From Actinomycetota bacterium (lineage in GTDB: Bacteria; Actinomycetota; Actinomycetes; Mycobacteriales; JACQDL01), in assembly GCA_016201065.1 (NCBI GenBank), contig JACQDL010000001.1:36708-100707 (forward strand): DNA of 64,000 nucleotides, read 5' to 3'. The position numbers and the translations under genes are program-made. The notes beneath the pieces are model-generated. The model searched no databases and was not told the origin of the DNA. It saw only the letters and a list, made by a program, of their open reading frames with translations. Position 1 is the first letter of the stretch; each line of letters begins with the position of its first letter. This document shows positions 1 through 10,277 of this stretch, in pieces.

Positions 1-301
1 TGATGAAGTCGTCGGCGAACCCGACCAGGCCGAGACCGGCCATGAGCCAGACCGCGAGCAGCCCGGACACGCTGGGCTGGCTACGCGCCACGAGGTGCGC
101 GACGAAGTAGCCGGTCACCGTCGCGATGAGGATGACCGCACCGCCCATGGTCGGGGTGCCCCGCTTGGACAGGTGGGTCCGCGGCCCGTCCTCGCGGATC
201 TCCTGGCCGAACCCGCGTCGGCGGAACCCGCGGATCGCCAGCGGCGTGCTCAGGATCGAGGCCAGCAGCGCCACCACGGCGGCGATCAGGATCTGCCTCA
301 T
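1..301 (-). CDS. mraY: Phospho-N-acetylmuramoyl-pentapeptide transferase, 5' part (runs off window start)
   Basis: Manual translation from ATG at 301: [54 protein letters not shown] (K-G-TPTMGG motif). ATGA overlap with the murF stop. Confidence 0.95.
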   Translation of the reverse strand, partial: MRQILIAAVVALLASILSTPLAIRGFRRRGFGQEIREDGPRTHLSKRGTPTMGGAVILIATVTGYFVAHLVARSQPSVSGLLAVWLMAGLGLVGFADDFI

Positions 302-1680
302 GCACGTCCCTCCACGGCCACGTCGGCCACCAGTTCCAGCGCGACTCGTTCCAGGCCGGCCGAGCGCGATGCCTTCACGAGCACCACGTCACCGGCCCGC
401 AGCTCGGTGGCCAGCAGCTCCACCGCGGCGTCCGCGTCCGGAAGCCACACCACCTGGGTGGCCGAACCACCCGCACCGGCCACGATGCCCGTCGCGGCAT
501 CCCCGACCACGACCAGCCGGTCGACCCCCAGCCCGGCCGCGTACCGGCCGAGCGCGTGGTGCTCGACCTCCGCGTCCGGTCCAAGCTCGGCCATCGGCCC
601 GAGCACCGCCCACCGCCGGCCGGCGGCCATCGCGCGCAGCGCCGCCAGCGCGGCGCGCATCGAGTCCGGGTTGGCGTTGTAGGCGTCGTTCACGATCAAC
701 GCCCCGTCCGCCCGCTCGGTCACCTCCATCCGCCAGCGGCTTGCCGGCGTGGCCGCGGACAGCTCGGCGGCGATCTGGGGCACTGGCAGGCCCAGCTGCC
801 CGGCGACGGCGGCGGCGGCCAGCGAGTTGGGCACCTGGTGCAGGCCGTGCAGCCGGAGCCGGACCGGCGCGCTGCCGACCGGGGTGCGCAGGGTGTAGGA
901 GGGGCGACCGCGGTCGTCCAGCACGATGTCCGTGGCGGCCACGTCGGCATCCTGCCCGAACCACACCACCCGGGCCCGGGTCCGCGACGCCATCGCGACC
1001 ACCCGCGGATCGTCGGCGTTGAGCACCACGACCCCGTCCTCGGGCACCGCCTCGACCAGTTCACCCTTCGCCGCGGCGACCACCTCCTTGGAGCCGAACT
1101 CGCCCAGGTGCGCGCTCCCCACGTTGAGCACGACGGCGATCCGCGGCGGCGCGATCCGGCACAGCTGGGCAATGTGACCAAGCCCACGGGCGGAGTTCTC
1201 CAGTACCAGGTAGCGGGTGGCGGTCGACGCCCGCAGCACGGTGTAGGGGAGGCCGAGCTCGTTGTTGAACGAGCCGGGCGGTGCCACCGTCGGGCCGAGC
1301 CGGCCGAGCAGGCCGGCCAGCAGGTCCTTGGTCGAGGTCTTGCCGGCCGAGCCGGTCACCCCCACCACGGTGATGGCCGGCAGCGCCGTGAGCACGGCAC
1401 GGGCCAGCTCCGCGAGACCGGTGAGCACGTCCGGTACGACCACCGCCGGTACGCCGACGGGTCGGGTCGCCAGCACGCCCACGGCACCCGATGCGACCGC
1501 CGCGGCCGCGAAGTCGTGCCCGTCCACCCGGTCGCCGGGCAGCGCCACGAACAGCGCACCCGGACCGACCCGCCGGGAGTCGAACTCCACCCCGCCGGTC
1601 ACCAGCGCCGGCTGGTCGGCCGAGTCGTGCTGGGTGCCGCCGACCAGGCCGGCGATCTCGGCGAGGGTCAACGGGATCAT
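298..1680 (-). CDS. murF: UDP-MurNAc-tripeptide--D-Ala-D-Ala ligase
   Basis: [10 protein letters not shown] start with GGAG upstream; motifs [36 protein letters not shown]; dcw position. Confidence 0.96.
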   Translation of the reverse strand: MIPLTLAEIAGLVGGTQHDSADQPALVTGGVEFDSRRVGPGALFVALPGDRVDGHDFAAAAVASGAVGVLATRPVGVPAVVVPDVLTGLAELARAVLTALPAITVVGVTGSAGKTSTKDLLAGLLGRLGPTVAPPGSFNNELGLPYTVLRASTATRYLVLENSARGLGHIAQLCRIAPPRIAVVLNVGSAHLGEFGSKEVVAAAKGELVEAVPEDGVVVLNADDPRVVAMASRTRARVVWFGQDADVAATDIVLDDRGRPSYTLRTPVGSAPVRLRLHGLHQVPNSLAAAAVAGQLGLPVPQIAAELSAATPASRWRMEVTERADGALIVNDAYNANPDSMRAALAALRAMAAGRRWAVLGPMAELGPDAEVEHHALGRYAAGLGVDRLVVVGDAATGIVAGAGGSATQVVWLPDADAAVELLATELRAGDVVLVKASRSAGLERVALELVADVAVEGRA

Positions 1681-1693
1681 CGGCACTCCATGG

Positions 1694-3232
1694 TCATCGG
1701 TGCTCCAGCAGGGCCTGCCGGAGCACCGCCCGGTCATCGAAGGGCCGCACCACCCCGGCGACGTCCTGCCCCTGCTCGTGTCCCTTGCCGGCAACGAGCA
1801 CGGTATCGCCAGCGGCGGCCCGCCGGACCGCTTCCGCGACCGCCTCCCGCCGATCCCCGATCTCGACCCACTCGGCGGCGGGCACCCGACGCACGCCGGC
1901 CGCCATCTCGGCGCGGATGCGTGCCGGCTCCTCCGAGCGTGGGTTGTCGTCGGTGACCACCACCAGGTCCGCCCCCCGCGCCGCCGCCTCCCCCATCAGC
2001 GGCCGCTTGCCACGGTCCCGATCCCCGCCGCATCCCAGCACGATGATCAACCGGCCGGCGGTGAGCGGCCGGAGCGTGGACAGCGCCGCGGCGACGGCGT
2101 CGGGCTTGTGCGCATAGTCGACGACGGCCAGGAACGGCTGGCCGACATCCACCCGCTCCATCCGTCCCGGCACCGCCACGTCTGCCAGCGCCTTCGCCGC
2201 CACCGCTGGGTCCACCCCGATCGCGGCCAGCACGGCGACCGCGAGCAGCGCGTTGGCCACGTTGTAGCGGCCGGGCAGGCGCATCGTCGCGGGCACGGAC
2301 AGCCCGCCCGGACCGTTGATCACGAACTGTGATCCGCTGCCCGCTGCCGTCACGATGTCGGCGGCCCGCCACCGGGCATCCGCCGCGCCGGCCGCGGAGA
2401 CGGTGCTGGTGTCCGGACCGACCAGCCGGAGCCCGTACGGATCGTCGACGTTGACCACCTCGTGCGCGCACCGTCCGTCGAAGAGGGTGGCCTTCGCCGC
2501 GAAGTACTCCGCCATGCCGGCGTGGAAGTCCAGATGATCCTGGGACAGGTTGGTGAACGCTCCCACGGCGAACCGGACACCGCCGACGCGGCCGAGCTCC
2601 AGCGCGTGGCTGGAGACCTCCATGGCGACTGCGGACACACCGCGCTCGCGCATCGCCGCGAAGGTTGCGTGCAGGTCGGTCGCCTCGGGCGTGGTCAGCG
2701 AGCTCGTCACCGCATGGCCGGCCATCCGGGTCTCGACCGTGCCGATCAGGCCGGTGGTATGCCCCGCCGCGGCGAGGCCGGCCTCCAGCAGGTAGGCGGT
2801 CGTGGTCTTGCCGGAGGTCCCGGTCACGCCGAGCACCAGGAGCGCCGCGGTGGGCTCGCCGTACACCCAGTCCGCGACCCGGCCGAGCAGCAGGCGCGGC
2901 TCGTCGACCACGAGTACCGGCAGCCGGGCCAGCTCGGCGAGCTCGCGGCCGGCCCGGTCGGTCAGCACCGCGACGGCACCGGCAGCGGCCGCCGGCCCGG
3001 CGAACCTGGCACCGTGGGTGCGGCCGCCCGGCAGCGCCACGTACAGGTCACCCGGCCGGACCAGGCCGGAGGCGTGGGTGATCCCGGTGACAGTGGTTGC
3101 CGGTGCGGCGACCGGCGGCAGCCCGAGCCACCCGGCGAGGTCGGCCAACGCGTGTGGACGCGGGCGGCTGGGCCGTGGCATGGCTGGGGGCGCGGGCACG
3201 GCTGGCAAGGCTACCGCTCGGCGACGTGGCAC
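1694..3232 (-). CDS. murE: UDP-MurNAc-dipeptide--diaminopimelate ligase (alternative start 3181)
   Basis: GVTGTSGKTTT, TTPEA, MEVSSH, FTNLSQDHLDFH, VDYAHKP, DNPR, AGKGHE. Confidence 0.96.
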   Translation of the reverse strand: MPRRRAVALPAVPAPPAMPRPSRPRPHALADLAGWLGLPPVAAPATTVTGITHASGLVRPGDLYVALPGGRTHGARFAGPAAAAGAVAVLTDRAGRELAELARLPVLVVDEPRLLLGRVADWVYGEPTAALLVLGVTGTSGKTTTAYLLEAGLAAAGHTTGLIGTVETRMAGHAVTSSLTTPEATDLHATFAAMRERGVSAVAMEVSSHALELGRVGGVRFAVGAFTNLSQDHLDFHAGMAEYFAAKATLFDGRCAHEVVNVDDPYGLRLVGPDTSTVSAAGAADARWRAADIVTAAGSGSQFVINGPGGLSVPATMRLPGRYNVANALLAVAVLAAIGVDPAVAAKALADVAVPGRMERVDVGQPFLAVVDYAHKPDAVAAALSTLRPLTAGRLIIVLGCGGDRDRGKRPLMGEAAARGADLVVVTDDNPRSEEPARIRAEMAAGVRRVPAAEWVEIGDRREAVAEAVRRAAAGDTVLVAGKGHEQGQDVAGVVRPFDDRAVLRQALLEHR

Positions 3233-3235
3233 GGT

Positions 3236-5380
3236 CTAGCCGGACAGCGTGAACGACGGTACGGGCGCGCCGGTCGGTGGGATCGCCCGCTGCTTGAGCC
3301 CGTAGGCCATGATCTGCCGGAACGTCGGCGCCGCGATCGCGCCGCCGTGCAGACCGGCCCGCGGGCTGTCGATCATCACGCCGACCACCAGCCGGGGATC
3401 ATCGGCCGGTGCCATCCCAGCGAAGGTCGCCCAGTAGTTGGTCTTGCTGTAGCAGCCGCAGCCGGGGTCCGGCTGCTGTGCGGTGCCGGTCTTGCCGGCA
3501 ACCAGGTAGCTGTCGATCGTGGCGCTGGGTGCCGTGCCGCCCTTGGCCTGCACGACCGCCTCGAGCATGTACCGCAGCGTCTTCGCCGTCTGCGGGCTGA
3601 TGACCTGGACCTCGGCCGGTGGCACCGGTTCGGAGCGCCCGCCGTCCGGCCCGACGACCGCCCGCACGATCCGGGGCTGGATCCGCAGCCCGTCGTTGGC
3701 CACGGCCTGGTACATGCCGGCCATCTGGAGGATCGTCATGCTCAGGCCCTGCCCGATCGGCAGGTTGCCGAACGTGCTTCCGGACCAGCGATCCAGGGAC
3801 GGAAGCAGGCCGCCGCTCTCGTTCGGCAGTTCGATGCCGGTCTTGCTGCCCAACCCGAACTTCCGCAGGTAGCGGTCGAAGGTCTGCGGACCGAGCCGCT
3901 GCGCAACCATCAGGGTGCCCACGTTGCTGGACTTCGCCACGACGCCGGTCGCGGTGTACCTGACCAGGCCGTGCGACCACGCGTCATGCACGATGCGGTC
4001 GGCGACCTTGATGCTGCCGGGTACCTCCAGCACGGTGCTCGGCCCGATCAACCCGGCCTCCAGGGCGGCGGCGAAGGTGACCATCTTGTTCACGCTGCCC
4101 GGCTCGAAGACGTCGGACACCGCCGGGTTGCCCAGCGGTGTGGACCGGGTGACGTCGCCGTCCTGTGCCTGCTGCGCGTCGAAGGTCGGCACGACGGCCA
4201 GCGCCAGCACCTCGCCGGTCCGCCGGTCCAGCACGACCGCCTGCCCGCCCTTCGCGCCGGACCGCTGCACGGCCCCGGCCAGCGCGGTCTGCGTGACGAA
4301 CTGCATGTCCTCATCGATGGTGAGCTGCACCGTCGAGCCGGGAACCGACTCGGTCTGGCGATGGACGGTGCCTGGGATCAACTGTCCGCCGCGCCCACCT
4401 TCGGCCACCACGACCCCGGAGCGGCCGGCGAGCTGCGTGTTGAACTCGTGCTCGATCCCGGCCAGACCGGTGCCGTCCCGACCGGCGAAGCCGACGAGGT
4501 TGGCGGCGACCGAGTGCGCCGGGTACAGCCGCCTCGTGTCGGACTGGCTGAAGATCCCGGCCAGGTGCGCGTCCTTGACCCGGCTGGCCTCCGCGGGGGT
4601 CAGGCCCCGGGCGAGCAGGACGTTGCGGGTACCGGTGCGGCTCAGCTCGGCACGCAGGGTGGCCTCGGGCATTGGGAGCAGCCCGGTGAGGGCATGCGCG
4701 GTCCGCGCGGGATCCTTCACCATCGTCGGGTCGGCCACGATGTCGCGCACCTCGACGCTGTAGGCCAGCACGTTGCCGTCCCGGTCGGTGATCTCACCGC
4801 GCAGCGAGGGCAGGTCGAAGGTGCGTAACCGCTGGTCCTGAGCGCGCTTGGCGAGCTGCTGGCCATCCACCCCCTGGAGCTGCACCAGCCGGCCGCCGAG
4901 CACCGCCAGCAACGCGGCCAACGCGGCGAACCCCGCGGTCAGCCGGCGCGCCGGGTTCGCCAGGCGGAGCGTTCGGCGGAGCGGACCGGGCCGCACCGGT
5001 CGACGGAGCGGCGCGGCCCCCACCCGTGCCGCGGTGGGCCGCCGGGAGCGGGCCGGCTCGGGTGCGGCACGCCGGGAGCCACCGTGGTCGAGGGCCAGGC
5101 GCGGGGCCACCGTCTGCCGGGCCCCGGCTCGGCCGGCACCCGGCGGGGAGGCACCTGCCGGCAACCGACGGATGGCGCTGGGCGCAGCGGTCGGAGTTGA
5201 TCGGGTCGTGGCAGCACGTCGTGGTCCGCCGCGCGGGGCGGCGGACGGGGCGGCGGACGGGGGCACCGCACCGCCCGCGGCCCCGCCCGCGCGGCGGGCG
5301 GCCGGCCGGACGGGTGGGGTGGTCGGCCGCCCGCGGACCGGCGCCGGTCGAGCTGGTTCGGGGGGGTGCCGCCGGCTCAT
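3236..5380 (-). CDS. ftsI: Class B penicillin-binding protein (septal transpeptidase) with long low-complexity N-terminal tail
   Basis: RGEITDRDG, EPGSVNK (SxxK), KSSN (SxN), GKTGTAQ (KTG); dcw position. Confidence 0.95.
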   Translation of the reverse strand: MSRRHPPEPARPAPVRGRPTTPPVRPAARRAGGAAGGAVPPSAAPSAAPRGGPRRAATTRSTPTAAPSAIRRLPAGASPPGAGRAGARQTVAPRLALDHGGSRRAAPEPARSRRPTAARVGAAPLRRPVRPGPLRRTLRLANPARRLTAGFAALAALLAVLGGRLVQLQGVDGQQLAKRAQDQRLRTFDLPSLRGEITDRDGNVLAYSVEVRDIVADPTMVKDPARTAHALTGLLPMPEATLRAELSRTGTRNVLLARGLTPAEASRVKDAHLAGIFSQSDTRRLYPAHSVAANLVGFAGRDGTGLAGIEHEFNTQLAGRSGVVVAEGGRGGQLIPGTVHRQTESVPGSTVQLTIDEDMQFVTQTALAGAVQRSGAKGGQAVVLDRRTGEVLALAVVPTFDAQQAQDGDVTRSTPLGNPAVSDVFEPGSVNKMVTFAAALEAGLIGPSTVLEVPGSIKVADRIVHDAWSHGLVRYTATGVVAKSSNVGTLMVAQRLGPQTFDRYLRKFGLGSKTGIELPNESGGLLPSLDRWSGSTFGNLPIGQGLSMTILQMAGMYQAVANDGLRIQPRIVRAVVGPDGGRSEPVPPAEVQVISPQTAKTLRYMLEAVVQAKGGTAPSATIDSYLVAGKTGTAQQPDPGCGCYSKTNYWATFAGMAPADDPRLVVGVMIDSPRAGLHGGAIAAPTFRQIMAYGLKQRAIPPTGAPVPSFTLSG

Positions 5381-6030
5381 CGATGCCCTCCGGCGCCGGA
5401 GTTCTGACCGCCCTGGGCACCCGTGGCGGGGGCCGGTGAGCCGATCACCTGACGCGAGCCGTCCGGGGCGAACACGATGAAGGCGGGGTCGCCGCTGGGC
5501 ACCATGCCGAGCCGGCGTGCCGCCTCAGCCAGTGCGGCCGGCGCCTGGAGCCCGTCGACCTGACGCCGCAGGTCCTGCTCCTGGAGACTCAGCCCGGTCA
5601 GTTGCTGCTGCAGTTCGCGCTGGCGGAAGGAGTCGGCCGCGAGTGCCCCGTTGAGCATCAGCATCAGCACGAGACCGACCCCGAGCAGCGCGAGCACGAG
5701 GATCGCGAACGGCGTGCGCGGCGCGACGACCGGTCGGGACCCGGTCCGGCGCACCGCAGGACGGGCCCGCGCCGTGCCCGTGCGCGCCGCCATGCCGGTG
5801 CGCGCCGCCGAGATGCGGGTCGCCGCGGCCCGCGCCGCGGTGGTCCGGACGCCGGCAGCCGCTGCGGTACCGGTACGGGCACCGGTACGGCCGGCCGTAC
5901 CGGCACGAGCGGTTCCGGCCCGCGATCCCGGCACGGGTCGGCCGGTGCCGGACGGCGTGCGCGACGACGCCGTGCGCGACGACGGCGTGCGCGACGACGC
6001 CGTCCGGTCCTTGCGCAGCGGGGAACTCAC
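5377..6030 (-). CDS. ftsL: FtsL-like cell division protein with R/T/A-rich N-terminal extension
   Basis: GTG at 6030 overlaps the rsmH stop (GTGA). Single TM segment ([20 protein letters not shown]) then coiled coil, ending in ...ARRLGMVP; lies between rsmH and ftsI. Confidence 0.75.
   Translation of the reverse strand: MSSPLRKDRTASSRTPSSRTASSRTPSGTGRPVPGSRAGTARAGTAGRTGARTGTAAAAGVRTTAARAAATRISAARTGMAARTGTARARPAVRRTGSRPVVAPRTPFAILVLALLGVGLVLMLMLNGALAADSFRQRELQQQLTGLSLQEQDLRRQVDGLQAPAALAEAARRLGMVPSGDPAFIVFAPDGSRQVIGSPAPATGAQGGQNSGAGGHR
5951..6003. repeat. 15-bp tandem repeat x3.5 (GACG[G/C]CGTGCGCGAC) within the ftsL-like gene
   Basis: Units start at 5951, 5966, 5981, 5996; encodes [10 protein letters not shown] repeats. 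Confidence 0.9.
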
Positions 6031-6995
6031 CGCACGGCTCCGCCCGCGATCCGCTCGGCCGCGCGCAGCTTGGCCGACGCCGCCCGCGGGTTGGCCGCGA
6101 CCTCCTCGGCGCTCGGGGTCTCCGCACCACGGGTCAGCAGCGCCAACGTCGGCCCATGGCCGGGCAGCTCGACCGGCAGCCCGGCCGGCGTGTGGTCCTG
6201 CGCGCGCTCGGCGAGGACGCGCTTGACGATCCGGTCTTCCAGCGAGTGGTAGCTCAACACGACGATCCGTCCCCCGAGACGCAGCGCGTCGATCGCGCTC
6301 GACACCACCCCCGGCAGCGGGTCGAGCTCGCCGTTGACCTCGATCCGCAAAGCCTGGAAGGTGCGCTTGGCCGGATTGCCCCCGGTGCGCCGCGCAGCGG
6401 CCGGGATAGCGTCGCGCACCAGGCCGGCAAGCTCGATGCTGGAGGTGATCCGGTGACCGGTCCGCCGCTGCACCACGGCCCGGGCGATCCGGTCGGCGAA
6501 CCGTTCCTCGCCGTAGACCCGCAGCACCCTCGCCAGGTCGGCGGCGGAGTAGCCGTTGACCACATCGGCCGCGGTCGCACCCGAGGTCGGGTCCATCCGC
6601 ATGTCCAGCGGAGCGTCCCGAGCGTAGGAGAAGCCTCGATCGATCCGATCGAGCTGCATCGAGGAGACCCCGAGATCGAACAACACCGCGTCGACCGCGG
6701 GCAGCCCCAACCGGTCGAGGACCGCCGGTAGCTCGGTGTGGACCGCGTGCACGAGGTGACACCGGCCCGCGTGTCCGGCCAACCTGCGCCCGGCCTCGGC
6801 CAGCGCGCCCGGATCACGATCGAGCCCGACCACGGTGATCATGGGGTGTTCGGCCAGAAGTGCCTCGGCGTGGCCGCCGAGCCCCAGCGTCGCGTCGACC
6901 ACCACCGCCCGCCCGGACAGCGCCGGCCTCAGCAGCTCACGGACCCGGTCGAGAAACACCGGGACGTGACGGGCGCCGGCCGCGGGACTCGACAT
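6027..6995 (-). CDS. rsmH: 16S rRNA m4C1402 methyltransferase
   Basis: [67 protein letters not shown]. Confidence 0.96.
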   Translation of the reverse strand: MSSPAAGARHVPVFLDRVRELLRPALSGRAVVVDATLGLGGHAEALLAEHPMITVVGLDRDPGALAEAGRRLAGHAGRCHLVHAVHTELPAVLDRLGLPAVDAVLFDLGVSSMQLDRIDRGFSYARDAPLDMRMDPTSGATAADVVNGYSAADLARVLRVYGEERFADRIARAVVQRRTGHRITSSIELAGLVRDAIPAAARRTGGNPAKRTFQALRIEVNGELDPLPGVVSSAIDALRLGGRIVVLSYHSLEDRIVKRVLAERAQDHTPAGLPVELPGHGPTLALLTRGAETPSAEEVAANPRAASAKLRAAERIAGGAVR

Positions 6996-7044
6996 CGCCA
7001 CCCCCAGCCCACTCGCCGCCACCCCAACCGCCCGTGCCGCCAGG

Positions 7045-7100
7045 TCCCCGCCCGCTTGATCACCTGGCGCCGGGGAAGGTGCGTCAGGGAATCTAAAGCG
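7045..7100 (-). ncRNA. mraW RNA motif (actinobacterial cis-regulatory hairpin upstream of rsmH/mraW); boundaries approximate
   Basis: Minus strand CCUGACGC-AC-CUUCCCC-G-GCGCCAGG: stem at 7063-7088 with the CUUCCCC loop (7072-7078) recalled as diagnostic of this motif, in the mraZ-rsmH spacer. Confidence 0.7.
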
Positions 7101-7231
7101 GGGGGAGACCTCGCCACACGGACCATCTGCCATGCCTGATCGGGTACCGCCGCCGAACGCGGCGCTCCGGACCGGTAGGGTGCCGGGCGGACGAACGCGG
7201 CCCACAAGATCACCTCTCACGACACGCCGGA

Positions 7232-7663
7232 TCAGAGGACCCCGGGCAGCACCTCCTCCTCCAACTCCGCGAACGCCTGCTCCCGGTCGGCCAGGTAGGA
7301 CTCCCAGGCCTGGCTGTCCCAGATCTCGATCCGGGTGTTGGCGCCGATCACCACGCAGTCGCGGCTCAGTTTGGCGTAGGTCCGCAGGCTGGGCGGGATG
7401 GTCACCCGCCCCTGCTTGTCGAGGAGCTCGTGCGAGGCGCTGGCGAAGAACACCCGGCTGTAGTCCCGCACCGCGCGGTGGGTGACCGGGGCCTGTGCGA
7501 GCGCCTCGGTGACCCGCCGGAACTCGTCCATCGGGAACGCAAAGAGGCACCGTTCCTGCCCCTTGGTGATCACAAGACCCTCCGCCAGATCGTCCCGGAA
7601 CTTCGCCGGTAGGACCAAGCGCCCCTTGTCGTCGAGCTTCGGTTCGTGGGTGCCGAGAAACAC
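7232..7663 (-). CDS. mraZ: Division/cell wall cluster transcriptional repressor MraZ
   Basis: GTG start with GGAGG; [16 protein letters not shown]...LDKQGRV...IEIWD; 143 aa. Confidence 0.96.
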   Translation of the reverse strand: MFLGTHEPKLDDKGRLVLPAKFRDDLAEGLVITKGQERCLFAFPMDEFRRVTEALAQAPVTHRAVRDYSRVFFASASHELLDKQGRVTIPPSLRTYAKLSRDCVVIGANTRIEIWDSQAWESYLADREQAFAELEEEVLPGVL

Positions 7664-7693
7664 GGCACCACCTCCGCTCAACCATGAACGCTC

Positions 7694-7737
7694 CCCCTAC
7701 GTTCCACTGCGCGCCACCATACCCCACTTCCCTCCAC
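7694..7737 (-). promoter_or_regulatory. MraZ-binding direct repeats (GTGG-N6 x4 plus one GGGG variant)
   Basis: CCAC on + at 7704, 7714, 7724, 7734 and CCCC at 7694: exact 10-bp phase directly upstream of mraZ. Confidence 0.85.
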
Positions 7738-7927
7738 GGTCAACGACGAAACACCGCCACCTCTCGCCCCAGGAGGCACGCCAGGAAACACGCTCTCGCG
7801 AGCGTCGAGCGCCCGTCCGCGGCCCCCCGGAGCGGCAGCGCCGCGACGTTTCCCCGCGAGATCGCCGCGACCCTTGACCCGGTACGGCAGACATGCGGCA
7901 TGGTGTACCTGGCGCGAGGAGGACTGA

Positions 7928-8962
7928 GTGGCGCTCCACAGCACGACCGCGGACGGCGGCCCGACCCTGGCTCGGGCGGGCGCCGCCACCGACCTCGCCG
8001 AGCTCCGGGACGTCAGCCACCGCATCGCGACCAACATCGAGCAGGTCATCGACGGCAAGTCGCAGGTGGTACGGCTGGCGATCGCGGTGCTGCTGGCCGA
8101 GGGGCACCTGCTCATCGAGGACGTGCCCGGGGTCGGCAAGACGAAGCTGGCCAAGGCGCTCGCCCGCTCGATCGACTGCACCGTGCGGCGGGTCCAGTTC
8201 ACTCCGGACCTGCTGCCCAGCGACGTCACCGGGGTGAGCGTCTACAACCAGGAAACCCGTGACTTCGAGTTCAAGCCGGGGCCGGTGTTCGCCAACCTGG
8301 TGGTCGGGGACGAGATCAACCGCGCCTCACCGAAGACCCAGTCGGCGCTGCTGGAGTCGATGGAGGAGCACCAGGTCACCGTCGACGGGGTGACCTACCC
8401 GCTGCACTCGCCGTTCATGGTGATCGCCACCCAGAACCCGATCGAGATGGAAGGCACCTATCCGCTACCGGAGTCCCAGCGGGACCGGTTCACCGCGCGG
8501 GTGTCAATGGGCTACCCGGAGCCGGCCGCCGAGATGAAGATGCTGGCCGACCACGCCGGTGCCGACCCGCTGGACAGCCTGCGCCCGGTGTCGACCGGGG
8601 TCGAGGTGCGCCGCCTCATCGACGCGGTCCGCGCCATCCACGTCTCGGATGGGGTACGCCGCTACGCCGTTGATCTTGTCAACGCCACCCGGCGCTCCCC
8701 CGAGCTCCGGCTCGGCGGTTCGCCCCGCGCCACCCTGCAGCTGCTCCGGGTGGCGAAGGCGCAGGCCGCCCTCGCCGGCCGGGAGTACGTGCTCCCCGAC
8801 GATCTCCAGCAGCTCGCCGTGGTCACCCTCGCCCACCGGATCCTCCCCACCGCTGAGGCACAGGTCGCCCGACGGACCACCGACCTGATCGTGGCCGATC
8901 TCCTGCGTCGCGTGCCGATCCCCCGCACCGCCGACGAACACCCGCTCGGATCACGGGGTTGA
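7928..8962 (+). CDS. MoxR-family AAA+ ATPase
   Basis: Walker [45 protein letters not shown]. Confidence 0.93.
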   Translation: MALHSTTADGGPTLARAGAATDLAELRDVSHRIATNIEQVIDGKSQVVRLAIAVLLAEGHLLIEDVPGVGKTKLAKALARSIDCTVRRVQFTPDLLPSDVTGVSVYNQETRDFEFKPGPVFANLVVGDEINRASPKTQSALLESMEEHQVTVDGVTYPLHSPFMVIATQNPIEMEGTYPLPESQRDRFTARVSMGYPEPAAEMKMLADHAGADPLDSLRPVSTGVEVRRLIDAVRAIHVSDGVRRYAVDLVNATRRSPELRLGGSPRATLQLLRVAKAQAALAGREYVLPDDLQQLAVVTLAHRILPTAEAQVARRTTDLIVADLLRRVPIPRTADEHPLGSRG

Positions 8963-8963
8963 C

Positions 8964-10277
8964 GTGCGGGCCGCACTGTCGGCGCTGACCACGCGGGGCC
9001 GCTCACTGCTCGCCGCGGCGGTCTCGGCGGCCGGCTGTGCGGTGCTGCTCGGCGAGAAGGACCTGCTGCGGGTCGCCTGCTTCCTGGCCTGCCTCCCGCT
9101 CCTGGCCGCCGTCGCCACGGTCCGGACCCGGCTCCTGCTTCGCTGCACCCGCCAGGTCGTGCCGGCCCGGGTGCCGGTTGGCACGAGCGCGCAGGTGGTG
9201 CTGGCGCTGGAGAACGTCTCTCCGCTCCCCAGCGGCCTGCTCCTGCTGGAGGACGGGTTGACCCACGGCCTGGGTGGCCGGCACCGGTTCGTTCTCGATC
9301 ACCTCCGGCCCGGCCGGCCGCGTGAGGTGCGCTACCACGTCCGGTCGGACCTGCGTGGACGGTTCCGGGTCGGCCCGCTCCAGCTGCGGATGACCGACCC
9401 GTTCGGGCTGGTCGCGCTCAGCCGGGCGTTCACGGTGACCGACTGGCTGGTGGTGGTGCCAGAGGTCCAGCGGCTGGACGGCGCACCGACCGGTGGCGCC
9501 TGGCACGCGGGCGAGACCAACCGCTCCACCGGCCTGGTGGCGGCGCGCGGCGAGGACGAGGCGGGCACCCGCGAGTACCGGCGTGGCGACGACCTCCGCC
9601 GGGTGCACTGGCGGTCGACCGCCCGCGCCGGCACGCTCATGGTGCGCCGCGAGGAGCCGCCGCAGCACCACACCGCGACGTTGCTCCTGGACTGCCGGCG
9701 GCGGGCCCACGAGGGGCTGGGAGCGGGCTCCAGCCTGGAATGGGCGGTCAGCGCGGTGGCGAGCATCGGGACGCACCTCGGCCGGCTCGGGTACGCGCTC
9801 CGGCTGGTCACCGACGACGGCCCGACGCGCCCCGGCCTGAACCTCGCCGAGGGTGCCGTCCTGCTCGACCACCTCGCCGAGGTCGAGCTCTCCCCGCACC
9901 ACGGCATGGAGCGAGCCAGCGGTGCACTCCGTACGGTGATGGATGCCCGCGGTCCGGTGATCGCCATCCTCGGCGCGGTCGACCTCGCGGACGCCCACGC
10001 GCTGGCTGCGATCCGCCCCGCCGCCGGCGCCGGGCTGGCCGTGCTGGTGGACACCGCCTCGTGGCTGTCCGGCGCGGAGCCGGCCGAACGGGCCCGGACC
10101 GAACGGGCCCGGACCGACCAGGCCGCGCCCCGCGACCTGCTGACCCAGGCCGGCTGGCGGGTGGTCCCGGCTGGCCGCGACGCCCGGCTGGCCGAGGTCT
10201 GGTCGCAGGCTTGTTCGGGCACCGTGGCGGCTCCGGCAGCGGCCAACCGGGACACCTCGGCAGGGGCCGGGCCGTGA
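8964..10277 (+). CDS. DUF58 domain protein
   Basis: REYRRGDDLRRVHWRSTAR..LMVRREE motif; canonical MoxR-DUF58-transglutaminase trio. Confidence 0.9.
   Translation: MRAALSALTTRGRSLLAAAVSAAGCAVLLGEKDLLRVACFLACLPLLAAVATVRTRLLLRCTRQVVPARVPVGTSAQVVLALENVSPLPSGLLLLEDGLTHGLGGRHRFVLDHLRPGRPREVRYHVRSDLRGRFRVGPLQLRMTDPFGLVALSRAFTVTDWLVVVPEVQRLDGAPTGGAWHAGETNRSTGLVAARGEDEAGTREYRRGDDLRRVHWRSTARAGTLMVRREEPPQHHTATLLLDCRRRAHEGLGAGSSLEWAVSAVASIGTHLGRLGYALRLVTDDGPTRPGLNLAEGAVLLDHLAEVELSPHHGMERASGALRTVMDARGPVIAILGAVDLADAHALAAIRPAAGAGLAVLVDTASWLSGAEPAERARTERARTDQAAPRDLLTQAGWRVVPAGRDARLAEVWSQACSGTVAAPAAANRDTSAGAGP

Noticed and set aside
556-4828. Long antisense ORFs (e.g. 556-1956 +, 2462-4828 +) and many similar ones across the window
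   Set aside because: Shadow frames of high-GC genes: R/G/P/A-rich, no motifs, fully overlapping well-supported genes on the opposite strand.
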